A stretch of DNA of 63,897 bases, counting the filler. It is 12 parts of 12 records of this genome, joined end to end, with 100 filler letters (N's around TTAATTAATTAA, not from the genome) between each part and the next. Parts side by side here need not be neighbours in the genome. Positions count along the whole stretch, not along the records: positions 52,928 to 56,995 come from SRR15195285_3227; positions 57,096 to 60,566 come from SRR15195285_3228; positions 60,667 to 63,897 come from SRR15195285_3300; 9 more parts are not named here. The stretch is one strand, 5' to 3'. Position 1 is the first letter of the stretch, and every line of letters begins with the position of its first letter. A model generated the notes under the pieces. It worked only from the letters and a program-made list of their open reading frames with translations, did not search any database and was not told where the DNA came from. The position numbers and the translations under genes are program-made. Of this stretch, positions 55,520-63,897 are shown piece by piece.

Positions 55520-56569
55520 CTAAGAAACCTCGCCACTTTCGTCAATTGATAGCAACTTGTCGCCGTCCAAATCCCTCGAGCTAAACCGAGAGCGAATTGC
55601 GGCGATCTCGCCGTCTGTGGTCTTGCCCATATGTTTCAGCTTCATGAGCACATACTCAGCCTCGCTCACCACACCGTCTTGATCCATATCTGCGGCACGT
55701 AGATCGGCTGCACTGGCGCGATTAAACAACATCGCAATCTCACGCTGACGCTCGGCACCTTCGAGATTGATCAGGCAGTCTACTAGGACGCTCAAACACC
55801 ATGCGACTACCGATGTTGACACCAGACAGTAAACAGCCGCACCAGCCCGTTCACCGTCGCTCACGGGTTGAAAGTCGCCGTATCCAACCGTAGTTGCAGT
55901 TACCACCGCAAAGTAAACGCAGTCGACGATTTGCCGATCGTCCTTGGCACTCCAGTAAAACGTTGCACCTGCTGCGATGGTGACTGACAGCACGATCACC
56001 GCGCGCGCGGCGCGAAAGCTTCTCCGCGACGACAGCACTCGACTCGCCTGTGTGCGGTCTATTGCGTGCAAAAAGCTCTGCGCCTGCACCTCAAGCAGCG
56101 ACTCTACAGCGCTTGAGAGCACGTACCCCAGTGCCGAGATTCCGCAGACGATGTAGGCGCAAACGAAGATCTTCGCCGCCGGGTGAACCGGGACAATATC
56201 ACCGAAACCGACCGTGGTGAGTGTAACGACGGAGAAATACAGCGACAGGAGAACTCGGTCCCCCAGCTGCGATGGCGCTGCATCATCGTGATACACACTT
56301 CCCTCCCACGCTGACTCAAATGGCACAAACCCAACCATCCCAACGGCCAGCAGGGCAGCAACAACGGTGGCGCACTTCACAAGGCTGCTTTGGTAGCAGC
56401 CGCAGGAGCAGGAGTGCCAGCAGCGCCGGTGGTGGTCACGCGCGTGGGAGCGCTCAGATCGCTTTCCACCACCTGCTGTAGCTCTGGCAGGCGGCGCGAT
56501 GGTGGGGGATGCTCTGCTCTGGGTCGAAGCAGTGCGCTCTGACAAGCCCAGCAGCTCACTGGTGTCCAT
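55520..56569 (-). CDS. TPK: Two-pore-domain K+ channel with C-terminal EF-hands (plant TPK/KCO-like)
   Basis: Pores SLYFSVVTLTTVGFGDIVP and VYFAVVTATTVGYGDFQP; 4 TMs; ADMDQDGVVSEAEYVLMKLKHMGK and FSSRDLDGDKLLSIDE. ATG 56569; intronless. Confidence 0.92.
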   Translation of the reverse strand: MDTSELLGLSERTASTQSRASPTIAPPARATAGGGKRSERSHARDHHRRCWHSCSCGCYQSSLVKCATVVAALLAVGMVGFVPFESAWEGSVYHDDAAPSQLGDRVLLSLYFSVVTLTTVGFGDIVPVHPAAKIFVCAYIVCGISALGYVLSSAVESLLEVQAQSFLHAIDRTQASRVLSSRRSFRAARAVIVLSVTIAAGATFYWSAKDDRQIVDCVYFAVVTATTVGYGDFQPVSDGERAGAAVYCLVSTSVVAWCLSVLVDCLINLEGAERQREIAMLFNRASAADLRAADMDQDGVVSEAEYVLMKLKHMGKTTDGEIAAIRSRFSSRDLDGDKLLSIDESGEVS

Positions 56570-57130
56570 GGTAGACCAGTATATGCGCGCCGAGGCCAGC
56601 GCTGCGTGCACTGCCGGCGTAAATGCGCGGCGGCACCGGCGCGCGCGCCCGCGCGCCATGCCAGGCGAGCGCTTACCGCAAAATTCATCCAGAACTGTAC
56701 GCAAAACTCAGCCTTCGGCAGACACAACCAGTTCATTTTGATTTGACGGTGACATGTACCGTTATAGAATTCTGGCCAAATTAGGATTCTGTAGGTCTAT
56801 CCGAAACTCGTAGAAACTCCAGCAGTTTCCCCATACATGTACACGTCGTCGTCGCTGTGCGAACTTGCAGTTCTATGCATCTCTGCTCATTCAACAGTAT
56901 GTAATTTACGTTGAGTTTGCAGCGCAGCGAATCCACGTAGGATCCTACAAACTCGACCGCATTTGCCAGTGGAATTCCAGGAAGTCTGAGTTTGCNNNNN
57001 NNNNNNNNNNNNNNNNNNNNNNNNNNNNNNNNNNNNNNNTTAATTAATTAANNNNNNNNNNNNNNNNNNNNNNNNNNNNNNNNNNNNNNNNNNNNGTGCC
57101 GCCCATCTGGCCGCCACTCCGCACACGCAG

Positions 57131-60100
57131 ATGGCGGAAAATATGCAACTATGCGAGACGGCAGGGGAGGCTGGGGCGCGGCGGTGTAAGTACGTCGGGA
57201 CGAAGATCGGCGAGGCGCTGCGCTGGGTCGAGGATCGCGACTTGCTGACGATGATGCTCGTGTTCATGTGCAACACGCTGGTCTTCGTCTTCTCCGTGTC
57301 GCTGCGCTCGTCCGGCCACCGCTGCCAGCGAACGAAAGCGCACGAGGAGGACGACGGCGGCCCGCAGTTCGACGTCGCCAGCTTTGACTCGAACGCGTCC
57401 CTCATCCCTCTGGAGGCCGAGACAGAAGAAGTCGCGACACTACGGACGAAGGTCGTCGATGGCCTCAAGGTGATCCGCGAATCGCGCCGCCGCGCACAGG
57501 GTGACGGTTCCTTTGAGCTCGGCGACGGAATGGGGAGCGCGTATGCTGACGCGAATATCTTCGAGGCTGAGGCGCGCGGCTCCGTGTCAAGCCCGACCGC
57601 TGGCGCCGGAAAGCAGGCCGCCAATCAGCAGCAGGCGGACGAGGACTCAGACTTGGACCTGGCGAAGGTTAGCTTAGAGATGCTGGGGCTGGTCAATATT
57701 GTCCGCCAGCCGGATGAGGTCGTGTACGTGCACTGCGGCGCGGACGCATACCTGTACATGAAATACCAGAAGTACATGATCAACATGCTGTGGGTGATGT
57801 TCGTCACTAGCGTGCTGGTATTGCTGCCGAATCAGTACCGTAAGCGAGAGAGCAACGACGAAGACAGCAGGTTCATGAACACGTTTTACCTGTGGGCAAA
57901 CGCAGCGAACCTGCAGGGCAAGGACGAAGGCGGAGATCGAATGTACACGCAGCTGTATGGCACATTTTTCTTCTCGTTCCTCGTCCTTGTTTGGCTGACA
58001 GAGTTTCGGAAGCTCATGGTCAAGCTGACCGATCCTACTTACATAGCAGAGCTGAACAGTCAGGTGGTCGACGTGGAGCGCTGGGGTTCCGAGGACGACT
58101 CAGAAAAAGCAGCGGCGGCAGACCTGGTGCTGCAGGAGGCGCGCGCACGTACTCTCGAAGTCCAGAATATTCCGGTGCAATTATCGCGCCACGAGCTTCG
58201 CCAGGCAATCGAGACAGCTTGCCCGGATCAACTGCTCGAGGTGCATGTTCCCGCCCGGTGCGGTCGGAGCCTCTTGAGCAGGACGAACCTCGAGTTCTTC
58301 CAGCCGAGAGGCACAGGCAGTGGAACTGCATTCTTGACCTTCAAGCAGCGCGCTCACGCCCGAGCTTTCCGCGATACTTTCAAGAAGATGCGCGCCAAAT
58401 CAAAGAAGAAGCAAAGCCTGTCTGTCAATCTCGGTGCCGTAGGGACCTTTGGCGTTGACGTTGGTGTAGCGCTCCCAGAGTTTATGCAGGAGACGATCGA
58501 TCGGGTCACAGATGTTGACGCTCACCTGGAGATGGTGCTTAACCAGGTGGAGACAAATGTAGTCAGAGCAGAAGACGTCACAGACTCCGTTACAGACGCT
58601 GCACGAGGGATTCTGTGCTGTTGCAACAGGAACAGGTCATCTCGAGATGGATCACCTGATACCTTGCGGATGTCGGAATCTGATGGCAGAGACAGTTTCG
58701 CTGATGGGTCATCTCGCATGTCGTCATTCAAGCGACGCCATGCTGTAACAGGTCAAGATCTTTCGTCGGATTCACTTGCAAGCATGGCAGCGGGCCTGAC
58801 TGACAGGGATGGGTTCGGAGGATCATTCAGGACTGAAGATGTGATGTTGCTCTCGTTCCCAGAACATTTTCAATTTAAAAGCTGGAGGGTAAATTGGGCT
58901 CCTGAGGCCGGGGACATCCTCTGGGGGAATTTGCACATCTCAGGTAAAGAACGCAAGCTTCGGAAAGCCATCTGGAGCGTCATCATCGCGTTTTGCTTTT
59001 TCAGCATTGCCTATCTTTACAATAAGTACGCCATGGAGACGACGATGGTGTACTTGCTTACGGAGGCTACGAAAACCACTACAGGTATAAAGGAGGGAGC
59101 TATGTTCGACAATTCGCTGAACGGGAAGAGCTACCAGTTCGGCAAGCTCGTGTATGGGATGGTCACGATTTATGCTCCCGTGGTCGTGCTCTGCATGGTG
59201 AACTACGGGATCCTACCAGTTGTGTGTATGGTGTCGTCGACACTGGAGGGTCGGAAGAACAACAGTTCGATCCAAAAGGCAGTTCTGCGAAAGAACTACC
59301 TGCTGATGCTCATCAATATTCTGATCTTGCCCACGCTGGCGCTCAAGACGCCTGATGCCTTCATTGCCTCTTTCAAGCAAATGTCGGATAACATTCAGAT
59401 GACGAAGAGCTACGACTGGACGATTGGCTACTGCCACAACGGGTGCCAGTGCTATGGTGCAACGTCGGTCCACGTCTGTGACGATGCAGCATTCTCGCAA
59501 TGGGAGAAAACGAAGCTGGACGAGAGTGGGTTGCCCACCTTCCATGGGTGCCAGCGGCGACCGTGTGAAGACGGCGATGTGCCTGGTGACAATCGCAAAA
59601 CTCCAGGAATGGTCGGGCCTCGTGGCCAGGACGGCAACCCTGACCCTCATCTAATTCCTGGTCTCCACGACACCTGGGGGTGCTACAATGCAACGAAGGG
59701 GCAGGTCAATAACATTATGCCGTCGTGGCTACGAGCGCACAAGGTGCCAGACGGGATGACCTCCCCCCGAATCAACGGCTGTTCCCGGAATACGTCGAAC
59801 GACTTCGGCGAGCCTGCAGGGCCCGACTATTTTCACCTGTGGCCGGTTTGTCAGGAGAGCAAAATTTACTGCCACCACGTGTCTGTTCATTGCCAAGGGC
59901 AGTGTGAAACGAATGATTACTTGAAAATCGTCGGGAATTTCGTGCTTGCAGCGAACGCATCCTTTCTGTACTGCTTTGTGGTGTCAGCAGCGCTGCTTGG
60001 AACTGGCTGGCAACTTCTCAACTTGGCTTTCTACTGCTTCTGTTTACTGCAAGTGGCGTGCAAAAAGCGAAATAGCAGCAACAGTGAAGGAGACGACGGC

Positions 60101-60566
60101 CTGCTGTTTTGGGATATGGCTACCGACACAGAAAAGGTGCGTCTCGCGGCAGCATTGGGGCGCGCGTTAAGCCTGCGCTCTAGAGCCTCTCAAGATCTGG
60201 CTGATGCCCATGTTTTGGTCTCTTGATGCAGGTCCAAGCATCGATGAAGGAGGAAGGTTTCGCATTCGAGTTTGGGTATTACTACGCGGTTGGCCTCGTG
60301 ATTTTCGCCATCGTCATCTTTTACTCAGTTCATTTTCCACCAGTCTGTTTTGCTGGACTGCTCTACTTCAATTGCAAGGTAACGTCCAGGCCTATTTGGA
60401 GCGTCTCGGCGTCATGTCCACGTTTGAGTCGTTGGCCACGCATAATTGCTTACGACATGTGTTCGACGATGATTTTGCAGCACTTTGTGGACAAGTACAA
60501 CTTGCTTTACGTTTACCCTGTGAACGGATCGCAGCATGTGCGGAGTGGCGGCCAGATGGGCGGCAC
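57131..60566 (+). CDS. OSCA/TMEM63 (CSC1-like) mechanosensitive channel, 3'-truncated, possibly 5'-partial
   Basis: CGADAYLY, ARTLEVQNIP, GTAFLTFK, WRVNWAPEAGDILWGNL, FEFGYYYA...YSVHFPPV..AGLLYF..KHFVDKYNLLYVY after introns 60137-60231 and 60379-60480. Confidence 0.9.
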
Positions 60567-60666
60567 NNNNNNNNNNNNNNNNNNNNNNNNNNNNNNNNNN
60601 NNNNNNNNNNTTAATTAATTAANNNNNNNNNNNNNNNNNNNNNNNNNNNNNNNNNNNNNNNNNNNN

Positions 60667-63600
60667 GGCTCAGGCTCAGGCTCTGGCTCAGGCTCTAGTG
60701 CTAAATGCGGTTGGGGCTCTGGCTGAGGCTGCTGTGACTCTGCTACACAGCCAAGTCTGTTCCAGATCGCCAACTGCAGCCGCCTGCCATCTTCCACAGG
60801 CACTCCAACATCTTGCCAGTCCTCGTCATCTGCCTGGGCGCAGCTCAGACAGTCGTACCCACCGTTGCGCAAAGCTCTAAAGTGGTGCGTTTGATCGCAT
60901 TCGCGCAGGGCTGACAGAAGCTGCATAGCATCTTGCGACATCAGCACGACACCTGGTTCTGTTGGAGGACAAACGCCTACGTCACCTCGAGCTCCCTGCT
61001 CGGTCTGTCCCTCGTGTTGATGTTGATACTGCTGTTGTGGCCGGGGACTCTGTCGCTGCATCTCGTCGCGATGCACCGTCAATTCGTCGCCTTCCCTGCC
61101 AGAACTGGTTAACACTGTGGATGTCTGCGTGCCGCCCACATTCTTGTCGCCGTCATTTGCCACGAAAGCGGCGGCCACCAGCTTCGTGCCACTACTTTGC
61201 TGTCGCAACTGCTTGGCCTTCTTCCGAGTTTTCTTCGGCTGTGCGCTTGTTACTTTGGCATTATCCTGTGCCAAATCATCCACAAGCTCCGCTTCTAGCG
61301 CCGTCACTTCAGCTTGCAGCGCTCTAGCAGCTGTTTCCTTCTGTGTCTTCAGAGAAATCACCATAGAGTTTTGATCTAGTTGAGAATACTTGCAAATCTG
61401 CAGTGCCATGTCGCAATCCACAATGGCCTCGCGGTAGCGGCACACCTGCATGAAAGCTCGGGCTCGAATCTGTAGAGCCTCAAGATGCTGTCTGCTGCTT
61501 TCCATTTCTAGCTTTCGCACACCATCAACTTTGACCTGTGCTACGAGTCCGTCTAGGACTTGCGTGCAGTCGGCAGTCGCCTTTTCAGGTTGCCCGAGCA
61601 ATTCGTACAGTTTCGCCCGGAGTAGAAAAGATCTCAAGTGCCTTGAGTCAAGCTGGAGAGCCTTGTTCAAATCCTTCAAGAGAGAGCTTACCATATCGTT
61701 GTCGACTAGGATTTCCATGCCAGTTCGCTTCATATACTCGAGCGACGTATCCGCCCGCCGTGCAAGTGCATCAATGTGATCTACGCTCTGCTCGTCAGTT
61801 AGCCTCAAGATTTCCTGCTCGGCACTCATCGCATCATGAAAGATCGGTTCGATCCAGGTCGCCTTTCTTTTCAGCATTTCACCCAGAGCTGTTGCTCGGT
61901 ATCTTAGTGCCCCGGTGTGCCGCGGTGACAAATCAAGCAGGCGACTGGTAATGACAAGTGACTTTTCGTACTCGTACAGTTCTATGCTTTGAAGCGCATC
62001 TGCAAGCATTACCTTCTGATTCAAGTTTGCAAAGTCGGACTTGAATTCTGGCGCCTCTTTAAAAGATGGCTGGAACTCGAGGAGTCCCTGCATCGCGCTG
62101 AGCGCATCCCGTGCACAGGCCTCTTTGCCGTCAGTGTCACTAAGATGCGATAGCGCCTGGGCCTTCCACCAAAGTGCAGGCCAGCACTCGTTGTTGAGTC
62201 GAAGAGCGTGGTCGCAGTCCTCATTGCACACTTCCCAACAGCGCACAGCTGACTCGCCGTCGCAGCTGCTGCCCTCTGTGTACCTCACATGAGCCCGCAC
62301 AACAAAAATCTCAGCAATGCTAGAATTTTGCTTGATGGTCTTGCCGATCATCTCTTGCGCCAGCCTAAAGCGTTGCGCATGCGTATATGCCACGGCTGCT
62401 GCCAGCGAAACCAGGACTGGGCGTGACGCTGCTTTTGGGTAGATCAGCTGGATTCGTGACTGAATTGCCTCACGCACTCGCTGTGTGACTCCACTCGCAG
62501 CGTCCTTCCGCATTGTCGCTAAAGAACGCTTTGCGTTCTGCAAGAGAAGATGAGCCTCCGCTTGTGACTTGCCTGAGTTTGCATCATCGTCACTATCTTC
62601 CTGCATCGTCTCCATTCCCTGTTCTGGCTCTGGCGCACTGCCGTTCGAGGCATCGTCGCCACTCATACTCGCACCTTGCAGGTTCACCTTCAGCTTTTCC
62701 AAGTGCTGCACCACGTTTGCGACCTCTTTAATGGAGCACCCATCAGCCTTGAGGAGCTCAACTTTCTGGCAGTAGGAATGCCGGTACTGTGGGTGAGTAC
62801 GAATCAAGTCGTCTAGCACCCGGACCGCCGTTCGCAACTTGCCGCGCTTGATAAACACGGTAGCAAGAATCCACAACGCCTGCCGGTGATAATGCGCTTC
62901 TGCGCTCTCACGAAAAATGCAAATCGCGTAGTCCAAAATCGGTGTGATATCATCCAGCCGGCCTTGTGTCTCAGTCGTCATCGCCAGCTGCACAGCGTTA
63001 ATCTTCAGCTCCGCGTCAAAGCACATCAGCGGCCCACGGAGCATCTGGTTGCCAAGCTCGCGCAACTCCTTTACCTTGGCGAGAGCCTCCTTGAACTGGT
63101 GCTTTGACATACAGGTCAAGGCCGAATCCAGCGTCTCCTTGTGTGCATCGTCCAGTATGCATGAGGTTACCCCGTTCCCAAAATGGATGACACCTGTAAA
63201 CTGACCCTCTCGTAATAGCATGCCATGGAACAACCCCATTTGGTTCTCCTGAGCTGTCGAAGAGTTTGAACCTGACCCGTCTTTGCCATCGACCTGAGCT
63301 AACAGCCGCTCAGTCAGTTCGTCTGCCTGCAGCACAAACTGAGCGCCGACGCTGTGCTTCCGGCGAATCAACTCCTGCAGGTCGCTCTGGCGCCCTTCGT
63401 CACCACTTTCTGTGAACAGGTGTACTATCGAATCGAAATCGTTCAGCGCGCGTCGAAACAGCCGGAGCTCCACTAGCGCATCTCCTCGCAAACGCAGCAG
63501 CGGTATGTTGCGTGGGTGCGTCACGAGCCCCCTGTCACAGTCTGCAGCGCAGATCTCGTACTGACCCATCAGCCAGTGCACCCATGCGCGCCACTGCAGC

Positions 63601-63896
63601 GCCTCGTGATTGTCCGGATCTGATCTAAGCGCCTGGTTGAAATCTTCCAGTGCGAGGCGGACAAGGGAGTTTGGTTCATTTGCCTCCTGCATCTGCGCGC
63701 TATTGCTGCTGCCTGTCAACAAGTGCGGCTTCACGTGCGCCCTGTCCCGGTGCTGTTGCAACTCCCATCGCTTCACGTGCGCCCTGCCCCGGTGAAAGAG
63801 CCAGCACGTCTGCTCTGACTCGCTACTGGAGGCCTCAAGCAGCTGGGTGCAGAGCTGGGGGATCGTCTCGAAGCGCTCTGCGTGGGCCAGCAGCAC
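60667..63896 (-). CDS. TPR-repeat protein with C-terminal SAM-like domain, partial at both ends
   Basis: Many TPR units (ALEDFNQALRSDPDNHEALQWRA, YREAIVDCDMALQ); LLSALREC....F..L...GYD...A.DEDWQDVGVP..DGRRLQLAI is SAM-like; ends in an EP tract. Confidence 0.8.
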
Positions 63897-63897
63897 T

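Noticed and set aside
21512-60566. Apparent ion-channel gene cluster (TPC, Piezo, TPK, OSCA, alpha2delta-like)
   Set aside because: Each gene is on a different contig joined by artificial spacers; there is no evidence of physical linkage.
1-63897. Numerous 60-250-aa overlapping or antisense ORFs; rRNA, tRNA, CRISPR arrays, transposase genes
   Set aside because: The short ORFs are shadows of GC-rich coding sequence. I recognised no structural RNA gene, spacer array or transposase, though a covariance-model scan was not possible.

Overview
This window is not one locus. It is 12 unlinked contigs (1-4422, 4523-9261, 9362-13432, 13533-20778, 20879-24650, 24751-38030, 38131-44038, 44139-47196, 47297-52827, 52928-56995, 57096-60566, 60667-63897) joined by identical artificial 100-nt spacers (N44-TTAATTAATTAA-N44). 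The DNA is a gene-dense, moderately GC-rich microbial eukaryote genome with short GT-AG introns (mostly about 58-130 nt) and frequent EPEPEP tracts. A marine protist such as Picozoa is a guess from recollection, not something the sequence proves. Channels: Piezo, two-pore channel, TPK K+ channel, OSCA/TMEM63. Receptors: an alpha2delta-like VWA/Cache protein with a WW domain, and three large Cys-rich multi-TM proteins sharing one membrane core. Other genes: organellar-type LeuRS, apyrase, FMN reductase fragment, Myb/DUF3755 protein, several bacterial-like carbohydrate enzymes, an EXD3-like exonuclease fused to a tRNA-binding domain, and a TPR-SAM protein. Top finding: after manual splicing, the ~4,100-aa Piezo appears domain-permuted, with its cap (CED) inserted in the last blade unit and almost nothing between the outer and inner pore helices. 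Next best are a Cache/multi-TM/TIR/pseudo-TIR receptor, a multi-TM receptor with cytosolic RRM and EF-hand, and the exonuclease-EMAP II fusion. All family assignments are by-eye motif recognition; no searches were run.
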